From an uncultured Spirochaetota bacterium (GTDB lineage Bacteria; Spirochaetota; Brevinematia; Brevinematales; JAOACQ01), in contig CAWAOD010000004.1 of NCBI GenBank assembly GCA_963783575.1, forward strand, positions 160,001 through 224,000: a DNA stretch of 64,000 nucleotides, read 5' to 3'. Of the stretch, positions 10,578-22,050 are shown one piece after another; position 1 is the stretch's first letter, and every line of letters begins with the position of its first letter. The notes below the pieces were generated by a model. That model saw only the letters and a program-made list of their open reading frames with translations, was not told the DNA's origin and did no database searches. The position numbers and the translations under genes were made by a program.

Positions 10578-11183
10578 ATGAACTTTACGGAACAAAATAA
10601 GAATAACCCGGATTATGAAATTGTAATATTCGGCGCTTCCGCAGGAGGGCCGAAAGCATATAAAAACATACTGCCTCTATTTCCGAAGGATTTCCAGACC
10701 AGTATCATACTGGTTCAGCATATGCTTGTAGGCCCATTTATTCAGGGTTTTGTCGATGGATTATCCAAATTAAGCATAAATATTCAAATCCCCGGTGATA
10801 ATGAACCGATACTTCCAAATAAAATATATGTTGCCCCTTCCGGATATCAGTTGATAATCAGAAATAAAATCATGTTTCTTTCAACAGAAAACAATAATTA
10901 TAATTTCTTCCCATCGATTGACCCGACTTTTATATCAGGGGCCAAATGCTACAAAAATAAAACCATAGGCGTTATATTGACAGGTATGAGCGCGTTTTTT
11001 GATGGGGTGGAAGGCTGCAGGGCAGTAAAAGAAAACGGCGGAATGACGATAGCTCAAAGCGAAGAAACCTGCTCTATTTTCGGAATGCCAAAAGAAGCTA
11101 TCAACGCAGGATTTATAGATTATATCGTCGATCTGGACAAAATTCCGCAAAAGATAATGTCTTTAACCGGTTACAAAAAATGA
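10578..11183 (+). CDS. cheB: Stand-alone CheB methylesterase domain
   Basis: GASAGG, VQHM, PSID, ILTGMSAFFDG and FGMPKEAI motifs; no receiver domain. Confidence 0.85.
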   Translation: MNFTEQNKNNPDYEIVIFGASAGGPKAYKNILPLFPKDFQTSIILVQHMLVGPFIQGFVDGLSKLSINIQIPGDNEPILPNKIYVAPSGYQLIIRNKIMFLSTENNNYNFFPSIDPTFISGAKCYKNKTIGVILTGMSAFFDGVEGCRAVKENGGMTIAQSEETCSIFGMPKEAINAGFIDYIVDLDKIPQKIMSLTGYKK

Positions 11184-11212
11184 TGACCGTATTTTATAAT
11201 TAAATTCATTCC

Positions 11213-11872
11213 TTATTTTAATAAATTTACAAATTCGAGATTTGAAATTGAGGATAAGGCTTTTGCATCACTTTTGAAATTTGATAATAACATCGCTTTG
11301 TCTTCCTCAAACCTGTTTTCAACTGATATGTTGCCGTTTGTCATTATAATCCGGCCGAAGTAGTAGGCCTTATCTTTTTCAAGGTTCATGCCGTAATGAT
11401 AGGGGAATATTTTGGGAGTGCAATAATATCTGTAATCGTTATAATTCCAGTAATAATCCCAATAAATCCTCGAATGACGGTATCTTCCGTAATATCCGAT
11501 AATAAAATCGGGGCCGGGATAAGAATAAGGATCATAAATATAAGAGTTATAATCCGAATAAGGGCCGTCAATAAAATTAATCGAACGTACAATATAATCC
11601 TTTGCCGGTATCGGAATAATAAAAGAATCGGGGCTGCCAGGCGCAGGAGAATTATAACGGATGCGGTTTAAATACATATCAGGGTCATCCCCTTTGAAGC
11701 TCAAAAAAATAGATTGATCCTTATCAATATAATATGATCCGAATAAAAATGTGCCGTAACTGGATTGAATTTCTGCAAAATTACTTGGTTTTACAGTAAC
11801 ATAAAGCCATGGAGAACAGCCCGTAAGTATTATAATCAAACTTGCGGCAATAAAAAATCTATTTTTTTTCAT
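11213..11872 (-). CDS. Hypothetical Tyr-rich lipoprotein
   Basis: MKKNRFF... signal peptide with lipobox LTGC. Confidence 0.65.
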   Translation of the reverse strand: MKKNRFFIAASLIIILTGCSPWLYVTVKPSNFAEIQSSYGTFLFGSYYIDKDQSIFLSFKGDDPDMYLNRIRYNSPAPGSPDSFIIPIPAKDYIVRSINFIDGPYSDYNSYIYDPYSYPGPDFIIGYYGRYRHSRIYWDYYWNYNDYRYYCTPKIFPYHYGMNLEKDKAYYFGRIIMTNGNISVENRFEEDKAMLLSNFKSDAKALSSISNLEFVNLLK

Positions 11873-12125
11873 TAAATTTCCTCTGGAAGTGATCGCCAGC
11901 CAAAATATAAATTTAAAGAAATTATCTCTTACATAATTAAATTTAATAATTTTTATATTACCGGTCAAAACCAATATTAATGTAAAGTAAATAATATCAA
12001 GAAAATAAAATATTTGATCTTAAAAAACCTATTTGTATTTTTTTGTTTGACTAATCATATTTATGGGATTAAATTTTATATCAATATATTTATAAAATAA
12101 ACACTGAGAATACGGAGGTATCAAA

Positions 12126-13181
12126 ATGCCTGATTCATTATTGACATTGGAAGATGTCCGTGAAAGCGCCCGCGGAAAACTTAAAGGTATCTGCGGCGTT
12201 TACCGCAGGTGCGACGGCTCCGAATCCCGTTTGTGCGAAGGACATAGCTACGGTTCGCCGATAGGCATCGGAGGAATTGGTTCCGGAGAATCATTTGCGA
12301 GTAATGTTGAGGCGTTAAGACAGCTTCGATTAAAAACCAGGTTGATTGGAAAGGATTTTACACCCGAAATTGGTTTTAATTTCTTCGGAAAGCGCCTCTC
12401 AATGCCGGTTATGGCTGCCAGCGTAAGCGGCGTGAATAGTTTTGGAGGAGAATCCGTCATAACAGAGCTTGATTTCTGCAGGTATGTAGTACTGGGCTGC
12501 AGGAAAGCCGGTACATTGGGCTGGCGTGGGGATTCGTACAATTATTCCGTTGAAAATCCATACGGTATAATGGCAATAGAAGAAGCCGGCGGGTTTGGAG
12601 TCCAGATTGTAAAGCCAAGAGAACAATCTGTAATACTGCAATTCTTCAAGCTGGCTGAAAAAGCGGGATGTACGGCATTTGGGGTTGATCTTGACGGCTG
12701 CGGTTCCTTTGCAATGAATAAACATAAACAGCCGGTATTTAGGAAAACCCTTGATGAATTGAAGGAACTTACTGGATCAACATCTATGCCTGTAATATTT
12801 AAGGGTATTATGTGCATTGAGGACGCCGAGACTGCCTTTGAAGCCGGGGCTGCGGCCATAGTAGTTTCAAACCATGGCGGCCGGGTGCTTGACCAAACCC
12901 CGGGCGTTGCCGAAGTCTTACCGGGAATCATCAGCGCGGTCGGCCATTCCAAAATGATCATAGCTGACGGAGGAATTCGCAATGGTTATGATGTTCTTAA
13001 GATGCTTGCACTTGGCGCCGATGCTGTGCTTATCGGCCGCGACATCGTCCGTGCTGCTGTTGGAGGCGGGATAGAAGGGGTAAGGCTTCAAATGGAATTG
13101 CTCGGCGATGATTTAAAAAAAGCAATGAAGATGACGGGATGTGAGAGTCTTGAAGAGATTTCTTCGGATATTCTCTGCTGA
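12126..13181 (+). CDS. FMN-dependent alpha-hydroxy-acid oxidase/dehydrogenase
   Basis: VVSNHGGRVLD, ADGGIRNG and LGADAVLIGR motifs; N-terminal Cys cluster. Confidence 0.9.
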   Translation: MPDSLLTLEDVRESARGKLKGICGVYRRCDGSESRLCEGHSYGSPIGIGGIGSGESFASNVEALRQLRLKTRLIGKDFTPEIGFNFFGKRLSMPVMAASVSGVNSFGGESVITELDFCRYVVLGCRKAGTLGWRGDSYNYSVENPYGIMAIEEAGGFGVQIVKPREQSVILQFFKLAEKAGCTAFGVDLDGCGSFAMNKHKQPVFRKTLDELKELTGSTSMPVIFKGIMCIEDAETAFEAGAAAIVVSNHGGRVLDQTPGVAEVLPGIISAVGHSKMIIADGGIRNGYDVLKMLALGADAVLIGRDIVRAAVGGGIEGVRLQMELLGDDLKKAMKMTGCESLEEISSDILC

Positions 13182-13237
13182 GTTTATCTCAAAAAAAATG
13201 TTTTTTTTTGAATTGAAAAAACTCAAAGACATCGGCA

Positions 13238-14668
13238 TTATTTAGTATACCATTCTACCTTTTTCTTAAACCATCTCTGTATCCAGGGGTGCCGTATTAT
13301 TGCAGTAAGCTGGCTGAATCTGAAATATTTTATTAATGAAAGTATTATTTGGAATCTTAAATAAAACTTAAACATAAATTTTTTTTGTATTTTGATTATT
13401 GATTTAAGACTCATTGTTTGGAATGGAGGAATAGTTTCATCTTTTTGAAATTCATTAATATTTTTAATATAAACATCCCTGTTTTTAATATTAAATATTA
13501 TATCAAAATCCTCGCTACCCGGGTAAGGTATGTAATTGCTGACCTGTATTCTGTCAAATGAAACAGATAACGCAAATTTAATGGAATCATTAATCTGGCT
13601 TTTAGTCTCATTTCGGAGACCGCATATAAAGAAACCGCTGACAATTATTTTATTTTTATGAAGGATATTTATTATATTTTTTACCTTTTTTAAATCAACC
13701 TGTTTTTTGATGGTTTTCATTACTTCCGGATTACCGGTTTCAATACCGACCCCTATATAATATCCGCCGGATAATTTCATTTTTTTTATCAGTGGCTCGC
13801 TTAACCGGTCAATTCTTAAACCATTGGGAGCCCCTCCAATGGATATTAATTTTTTGATCAATTAATAAATTAAATATATCTTCAGCTCTTTTTAAATCCA
13901 TAGTTAAATTATCATCGGAGAAAAATATCTCATCAACTCCATATTTTTCTTTTAAATATTTTATTTCTTCAACAATATTCTCTGGCTTTCTATATCGCAT
14001 TACTCTTTTATTTGTTAATCCTGATGAGCAAAAAGTACAGAGATATGGGCATCCACGGCTGGTCAAAATTGGCGCTGGTTTTTTCCCCCTTGTCGGCATT
14101 GAAGCCCCTTCCATATATTTAAAATATTTATCTGGCTGAAGAAGTTCCCAGTCGGGGAATGGTATATCATTGGCATTATCCAGGAACCCATTTTTTTTGG
14201 ATCAAAATTCCATTTACCGTTTTTTTTATATATCAGGCCATCGATTAAATCTGGTTCAGAGATCTTACCTTCCAGAAATCTGATAAAATTAACAATGGGT
14301 TTTTCTCCTTCTCCTGTTATTCCATAGTCTGCTTTAATATAATCCAATGCAATGTCTTTTAAAGCTGTTATATGAGGACCTCCTGCTATCGTTATAATTC
14401 CAGGATACTTATTTTTTAATTTTTCAATAAATTCCTTCGCCCAGTTATGTGCTCCGCTATATACCTGTATTCCGATTACATCTGGAATGGTCTTCTTTTT
14501 GATTTCTTCAACTGCGTTTTCCGGGGTAAACAAATAAAGCGATCCATCAATTAAGCTAATGTTGTTATAACCATTTTGCTTCAATGAGCTGGAAAGATAT
14601 CCTAATGATAATGGTGGAATAACCTGAAATCTAGAATTATGTGTAGGCCTGATTAATAGTATGTTCAT
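13238..14668 (-). CDS. Cobalamin-binding radical SAM protein, in three pieces because of two frameshifts
   Basis: PPLSLGYLSS, AGGPHIT and GEGE (B12-binding part); TSRGCPYLCTFC (CxxxCxxC); GIETG; shifts near 14170-14200 and 13835-13860. Confidence 0.85.
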
Positions 14669-14943
14669 AAATACTCCTATTATTTTATATCATTTAAATT
14701 GGGAAAATTTTCAATATTTACTATAAATACTCATTGAAACCCTAATTTTTGAAATATATTTAAAAATATTTTTCAAAAGCCTGTGAACATTTTTTATACA
14801 ATTTACCTCGAAAGGATATTACATATTTTTTATTTTGTTATTCAGGCTGAATATGAGTTCAAATTACTGTGGCAATTTTAATGATTGTTTAGTTCAATAA
14901 TCCTAAGTTTAGTGGGAGATAATGAGATATTATTAACTGTAAA

Positions 14944-15136
14944 GATGTCCTTAAAATGCTCGCGCTTGGCGCAGACGCGGTGCTTGTCGGCCGCGATATT
15001 GTCCGGGCTGCTGTCGGAGGGGGAATATAAGGTGTAAAACTTCAAATGGAACTGCTCGGCGAAGACCTCAAAAAAGCGATGAAGATGACGGGATGTGAGA
15101 GTCTTGAAGAGATTTCTTCGGATATTCTCTGCTGAG
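14944..15136 (+). pseudogene. Duplicated 3' end (193 bp) of the alpha-hydroxy-acid oxidase gene
   Basis: Colinear with 12990..13182; mostly synonymous differences, one GAA to TAA change, and the last ~58 bp identical. Confidence 0.92.
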
Positions 15137-15190
15137 GGCATGGTGTCGTAAGAGCCCACGGCGAAGGCGCTTTCATACTTTTTCTTAAAC

Positions 15191-15378
15191 ATCTCTTTTG
15201 GTAACCGCCTCGTCAAAAGTCCATCCGTGGACTTATTCCTCGGTTTCTGCCGTCCAGGCAAAAACCCTCTTGCTTGTATAGTCCATATTAAACAGGAATA
15301 ACAACGATTATATTATCGACTTCTCTTCAGGCCACACTAATGCTCAATCAGAAATGGCGCTCATGCTCCGGGGGGCAA
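15191..15378 (+). repeat. REPIN/MITE-like repeat copy A (right half only)
   Basis: Closely similar to 17562..17749 (GTCCATCC.TGGAC, GGTTTCTGCCGTCCAGGCA, GGAATAACAACGA, AATCAGAAATGGCG.TCATGC). Confidence 0.85.
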
Positions 15379-15683
15379 TTAAGCAGACTTAGTTTATAAA
15401 GCCAAGGATTGGTAGAAAACCACTTTGGGAAATTTAAATCTGGTTTTGATCAATTTACAATGAGAATAGTATGTTCCAAAGTATCTACCTTGTTGTTAAA
15501 CGGCCGCCGAACTTCGTCCGGCGAGCGACATAATGCAGTAAGGCGCTCCTTCCAGAGCGTTCTTCCCGTTAATAACCCGCCCTCTCGGGCGGCATCCTTC
15601 CTGACGAACTCAGGAAAGAATGGAACAGGCTTTTGCTTCCCTTTTGTTAAAAGGGAAAAAGGCGGCAGTTTTCGCCATCGCCC

Positions 15684-16053
15684 GGATTCCGATACTAATT
15701 GACAGATGCGTTTTCCCCAGCCCCGGAGACCCAAAGAACAACAGATTATGATGATTATCAATCCAGCGGAAATCCAATAACTGTGAAACATCCATTTTAG
15801 ATATTCCATTCACTTTTTCAAAATTAAAACCTTCCACATCTTTACGGACCGGGAAGTGTGCTCCTGCCATATTCCGCTGAAAACGTTTTTCCACTCTATA
15901 ATTCAATTCCAGAGAAAGCAGCCTCTGCAAAAAACTCAAATAAGATTCTTTCGCCTTTTCAGCCTCGCCGATTTCATCGTCAATCCGTTTAATCATCCCC
16001 TTCAACCCGAGAGTTGCAAGCTGCGTTATGATTTGTTCTCTTATCTTCAACAT
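15684..16053 (-). pseudogene. istB: IstB ATPase, truncated just after Walker A
   Basis: SYLSFLQRLL...AHFP...NLLFFGSPGLGKTHL, then runs into repeat DNA. Confidence 0.85.
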
Positions 16054-17345
16054 TGCCGGCCCCCAATGGAACTACAGAGTCTCTGGTATTTCCCGATGTC
16101 TGATTTGGCTACTTCCAGATAGTGTTCAGGATTCATAAGTGGCCTGACTATCTTTTCTACATTCATAGGTATTTCTAAATGTTCTATTTTCAGACAGTTC
16201 CGGTAATTATCCCATAAATCCTTCATTGAGTAACTATCATTATCCAGACAGTTTGAGATCGCTTGTGTCAGCTTATCTGTATCAATTATCTTGTCCCTGA
16301 AGTATTTTCTTCCGGAAAGACACTGGTCCCTTACATAACGATTGAACTTCCTGAAATTACATTCAAGAAAATCCTTCCAGCCTGGAATATCAAAGTACCC
16401 GCTTACTTCTTCTTTCAATAACTTCACTGTCTTTCCCATTTCACGGATCATTGCCCTGTTGGTTATAATCTGCCCCGGAATCACCGAAAGCCGATATTCA
16501 GCGATTTGCTCACCCGTAATCCTGTCAAAGACAAAAAGCAGGCTGTCAGTTTTGTAAATGTCAACCGAACCGTTCCTGTATTTTTCAGGTATATCATACT
16601 GGCTTGTGTCCACAGCGATCCGGCATTTGTCGCTCACACTGCGAGCTTCCCTTGCACCGATCTTTCATCTTTGAAATACTGAAAGTCTTTCGTGTAGATG
16701 ATATCGCCGGAGTTCTCACTCACAACCATCGTGCAGTCCTGATCGATGACAAGTTCCTGCGGTATCCCGCTCATATATGCAAAACAGTCCAATAGATAGA
16801 TTGATCAGGTCTTCTGTCCGGAATGGCCTCTCCTGGAGGGCCGCATACTTAAAACGACTGGCGGATAACACCGCGGCAAATATGTAATACCTTCTGCCAT
16901 ATCTGTCGGTATATTGACCGAAATCAAGCTGGAGCTGCTTTCCATATGGCATGTCAGGCACTTTTGTGTAATACCGGCGCTTTTCATTCAAGGTAAGCTG
17001 CCCGCTTTCAATCAGGTAATGTACGAAATTCCTCATCGTATTTTCATTCGCCGGTAGTTTGCCTTTTACCTCCAATAAATAGTCATACACAGCAGACATA
17101 TTCAGCCGGATGTAATCATTCTTTTCATATACTTTCAATATGTCTGTTTTTATTCCTTCGAATTCTTTTTCACGGAAAGAGAATTCCATCAGGCTTTTCT
17201 GGTATTCGGAATCGTTCATAGCCCAATATTTTCGGACTGTCTTAATATCTATTGACAGTTCCCGGGATACACCATTTTTACTTTTCCCCAAAAGTTTCAG
17301 TTTTTTTATGTCCTGATACATAATATTTTTCACCATTCCTGCCAT
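16047..17345 (-). pseudogene. istA: IstA transposase, frameshifted and apparently internally deleted
   Basis: HTH (VSRELSIDIKTVRKY), PYGKQLQLDFG and VLSASRFKY; ORFs 16716..17345 and 16047..16637. Confidence 0.85.
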
Positions 17346-17486
17346 CCTTTAATGAATTTTCATTAAAGGTAATCTTCAAGCTTCTCTATGGGAAATCTGT
17401 TTGTGACAGGTATGGGAATTTCATTTATTGCTACCCTGGTAAATTAGTTTATCATTTCCAAAAGAAGGTATGCGAAGAAAGAATCA

Positions 17487-17749
17487 CCCCTTCGCATGAG
17501 CGCCATTTCATGTGAAGAGGTCTGTAAATATCTAGGTGTTGTTATTGGTATTTGGTAAAAGATATCTTTTAGTAACAGCCGACTCAACAGTCCATCCTTG
17601 GACTGATTCGTCGGTTTCTGCCGTCCAGGCAGAAACCCTCTAGCTTGTATAGTCCATATTAAACAGGAATAACAACGATGATTGCGCCGAGTTCGCTTAA
17701 TACCACACAAAAACTCAATCAGAAATGGCGTTCATGCTGCGGGGAGCAA
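17487..17749. repeat. REPIN/MITE-like element with inverted termini (copy B)
   Basis: Left GCATGAGCGCCATTTC...GTTGTTATT, right AATAACAAC...GAAATGGCGTTCATGC, internal hairpins. Confidence 0.8.
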
Positions 17750-20700
17750 AAAATTTATTATGATACCGGATAATAAATTAGAGGTCTTTTCCGTTCATTC
17801 TCAATATTAAAATCCTTTTCTTTTTAAAAAATTATCAAAAAATCTATAATCCTCATCATTATCTAATCTTCCATCTGAATTAAGTTCTGTCAATATTTTT
17901 TTTATTTCAGGTAATGCAAAAACTGATGATTCATTAAATAATTTTCTGATTATTCTCATAATTTCAACAGAATATTTTTCTTTATATTTTGGTAGTTTCT
18001 CTAAAATGATACTATATACGTAATCAATTTTTGACTTTACTAAAAATTGTCCTAAGTTATTATATGCAGTTGTAAAAGATTTATCCAATGAGAATAATAC
18101 TTCAATGAAGGATAAATTAAAATTTGAATTCTTAAATTTTTCACTCTTTGGCCAATATTTATGAATCCACGGCCTAATCTTTTTATTCCAAATATCATCA
18201 GGATTATCTGCATTAAGAATAGAAACAAAGTAACGTAATATTTCTTCCCTTATTTCAATATTATCATTTCTTACTATTTTACTTATTTCTTCAGATTTAA
18301 ATATATCTTTATATTCAAGAGTCGAATAAACAAATATTTGAGATAACAAATCTTTTCTTTCAGCTTTTATTTTTATAAAATTTTCATAGAAATCAAAACT
18401 TAATATTAGGTAATTCTTAAGAATTAATATTAATTCTCTAGTTAATGTCGCCCCATGAAAAAAGCCAGTCCAGGCAAATAATGAATAATTTTTATTATTC
18501 CAAGAAAACAAAGGAATTATATATTTTTTTGTCCAATTAGGATCAATTTGAAACAACGAATATAAAAACTGCCCAAATATAGGAATTGCAAATAGTTTTA
18601 CTTTAGACCTTAATTTTAATAATTTTCCAAATCGCTCTTTAAATGAAATATCTATACCTTGACCGGTTTTTGGACTGGTTTTGAAATAAACTTGAAAGAG
18701 GGTTTCGCTTAATTTGCCGATTGGATTGTTGATTGCAGTTGTAATAGGGCCATGAAATGATTTGTATTTCTGATTAATAACATAATCATTTGATAATTGA
18801 AATATATTATCCCATATAATGAAAAAATCTGATAAATCTGAAATATCAAAATCATTTGTTACTGTGTAAAAAACATTAGTTAGAGAATAAATTAAAGCAT
18901 TGTGTAAATTGTATTTTTCGTTTATATCAATTTTAGATATTGTTTCTTTGAATTCTAAAAAAGTCCATTCATTATTAAAACTTCTAAGATAATATTCTAA
19001 AATCAAAGGATCAAATTTTACATCTTTAGCAATTATAGTAAAAATCTCAGCAGCTTTTCCCTTATTTTTTCCAACAAATTTTTCCCATTGTTCCATAAGT
19101 CTTTCACGATTCTCTTTATGATTCATTAAAATATCAGCGACTTCTTGGACTACTTGATCTGCCATCATCTGAAATTGTTCATAAGTATAATCGGATTTCT
19201 TACCAAACAAAGGATGAACAATACCTGAATTTGAATAAATTTCCTCATCATTTTCAGGCAGTTTATATCCATGTTTTTCTAAATTTAAGATATCATTTTT
19301 TATATAAGAGGGAATTGAATTCATGTTTTTAGAAATTATATAATAGAATGGCTTTTTATAATAAAGACAATCATCTAATGAAGTTTTCAAGGGACATTTT
19401 TTGACTAATTGTAATAAAGAACTCAATTCTTTTGAATTAAAAGTTTTACATAGTTTTATAAATAAACTATAAATTTCATTTTCCAATTGGTCTGTCCAAA
19501 TCTTCTCTTCTAAATCAATTAGATACTTTATAGATTCTTTCAATTTATAGCCATCGGTTAATGAAAAAGACCATAAAACCAAACGCCTGAATATTTGAAA
19601 ATCTATATTTTTCAATGTCTCCAGATACATAAAAAAAGTATCTTTTTTGTTTTTATACCAGTATTCCATTCCAATTTGTATAAAATCAACTAAATAAGTC
19701 CAAACTTCACGAAAACTATTATTTCTTGAAGGATTATTTAAAGAATTTAATTGAGTTATCGTATAATAAACTCTAGTATCTTCATATAATATAAAATAGT
19801 CCATTGCTTTCTTAAGATTAGAAATTAATTCAAACAATATTAAGGCGCAGTTTTCTTTAAAAAAAGGATCTTCACGAAGATTCATAAATAATGGATCGTT
19901 TTGTTCCAAAGGGAGATTAATTTCAACTTGTATAAAATCACAGATACTTTTTCTTTCTTCTTTACCGAACCGATATTGTTTACTTAATGAAACAGTTGGA
20001 GTAGATAAAAATATAAAAAGATTTTTTTCAGAATTTGACCATATATGATCTTTAAGCATCTCAATATTTTTATAATAATAAAATTCTGAATTATTAATGG
20101 AGTCTGAAGAATTTGAGTATATTAATAGATTCCAAATCTCATTTAAATTTGATTGAATTTTATTATCTTCCAAAGTCCTTTTAATCCATTGTCTCAGGCT
20201 TATATTTAAACCTGATCCTTTATCCAATACCCAATCGACAAGTTCTTCTTTTTCAAGATTTTTCCCAAACCAAAAAGTAAGCCAATTTAATTTTTTAGAT
20301 AAATTGAGATTTAAACCACTATCTCCTAATTTTGAAACAAAAGGAATTGTTCTTATATTATCTCCATCTTTCATTTTGACCTGTAAAAGATTTTCGCTAT
20401 CTAAAATTCTCAGCCAGTCAACAATATTATCAAAATTATAATTATCGAAAAATCTTGAAAAGTTTCCTTCATAATCATTTTTTATTAAATCTAAAATTTG
20501 ATCGTTCTAAATTCTCCTTTTACTGGTTTATTATTTTTTGAATTTTGAAATATTTTTTCAGAGTAAGAAATTGAGTCTTTACAATAAATTGCCCATTCAA
20601 CTAAAGTATTATTTAACAATTCATGTTTATTAATACTGTCATACAATATTGGAGTAATGCCAAAACTTTTCCAATGGTTTTTTACAGAATTTAAATCCTT

Positions 20701-20917
20701 TGATTTTTCTGAATTATCATAATCCGTTAAAGCAAAAACTTCCTTTATGTTTTCTTCTCCTGACTTTCTATCAGCAGCTATAGCGTTAATGATATATCTC
20801 ATTACAGGATCATTCAAGCTATAGCCAATAAAAAGAACATTGTATCGGGTAAAAAGATTTGAAACAAAACGGCTTGCCCACCCATCTGTCAAATATGCCT
20901 GCCCAAAATCAGCACTA

Positions 20918-22050
20918 GTGCTTAATTGCGTAAGTTAACGATAGTATTTCTTAATTGAGAACCTTTCACTTCCCGTTTTCTCCACACAAAAGGTTTTGCG
21001 GTTTCAGTGTATGCTTTAACAAATGCATCTATTGCTTCTCTCAATTCTTCCGTGTTTTTAAAACTGGCGCCTCTAAGAGCTTTTCGGCTCATAATACCAA
21101 ACCATATTTCCACCTGATTTAACCAACTTGCCGAAGTAGGCGTGTAATGAAAAAAAACATTCTTATTCCGGGATAACCATTCATCGTTCTTTTTGTGAAT
21201 ACAATAATTGTCTAAAATTACATGAATTTCTTTATCTTTTGAAACATCTACCACCACTCTATCCATAAACTCAAGAAATTCAATACGTCTTTTGTATTCA
21301 GTAGTTTGGGTGTGTATTAACCCTGTAGCTACTTCCAGCGCAGCAAATAGGTTCAGCGTTCCATTTCTTTTATATGTACTTTTGTATCCTCTTACAATTT
21401 TTCCATTATCCGTCTCTACATAGCCGGTTGTCCTTTCCAACGCTTGAATACCAGGTTTTTCGTCTACAGATATAACCAATGCATTCATCGGCGGATTTAA
21501 ATACAACCCAATAATATTTGTGGCTTTTGTCGAAAATTCAGGATCAGTGCTGACACACCAACTTCGCTGTCGGGATAAGCAAATTCCTTCTTTTCTTAAA
21601 ACCCTCCATACCGCATGCGTTGATGTGTTTAAATGTTTTGCTAAAGCCGGACCATCCCAAATTGCCTGCCCGATAGGCGGTGTTTTTTCCAGAGTTTCTA
21701 AAACTTTGTCCCTGAAATTCTGCCCATATATTTTTGGCTTTCCTGACCTGGGCAGATCATACAATCCATCAATTCCTTTTTGCTGAAATCTTTTTTTCCA
21801 ATCAATAACCGTATTTGGTCTTATGTGAAGGTCAGCCGCAATCTCAGATACATTTTGTCCTTTCAGGCTATTGACAATTATTTTCGCCCTCTCTACAAGT
21901 CGCGCTTCCATAGTTCGGCTTCTCACCCAACTATCAAGAATAATTTCATCCGCTTTGGTGCATGTTATAACTTGCGTTTTCTTAGACATACAACCTCCTT
22001 TTTTATGTCTAAGATTATAATTAATAACGCTTATTATTGCAATTAAGCAC
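20918..22050 (-). mobile_element. IS630-family insertion sequence (1,133 bp)
   Basis: Terminal IRs GTGCTTAATTGC / GCAATTAAGCAC; TA duplicated at 20916-17 and 22051-52 in a CTAG target. Confidence 0.92.
20922..21989 (-). CDS. IS630 transposase
   Basis: VDEKPGIQAL, YKRNGTLNLFAAL, ILDNY and HYTPTSASWLNQVE (DDE) motifs. Confidence 0.93.
   Translation of the reverse strand: MSKKTQVITCTKADEIILDSWVRSRTMEARLVERAKIIVNSLKGQNVSEIAADLHIRPNTVIDWKKRFQQKGIDGLYDLPRSGKPKIYGQNFRDKVLETLEKTPPIGQAIWDGPALAKHLNTSTHAVWRVLRKEGICLSRQRSWCVSTDPEFSTKATNIIGLYLNPPMNALVISVDEKPGIQALERTTGYVETDNGKIVRGYKSTYKRNGTLNLFAALEVATGLIHTQTTEYKRRIEFLEFMDRVVVDVSKDKEIHVILDNYCIHKKNDEWLSRNKNVFFHYTPTSASWLNQVEIWFGIMSRKALRGASFKNTEELREAIDAFVKAYTETAKPFVWRKREVKGSQLRNTIVNLRN

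Larger units (their letters stand above)
15684..17454 (-). mobile_element. IS21-family element, truncated and decayed
   Basis: istA-istB pair; probable left end TGATAAAC at 17454 with repeated ATGGGAA motifs; breaks off inside istB. Confidence 0.8.

Noticed and set aside
12990..15136. Diversity-generating retroelement TR/VR pair
   Set aside because: Differences are at synonymous positions of all bases rather than adenine-specific, and there is no reverse transcriptase in the window
14878..15261. 127-aa ORF, and the similar ORF at 17444..17710
   Set aside because: They are antisense translations of the duplicated gene end and of the REPIN-like repeat
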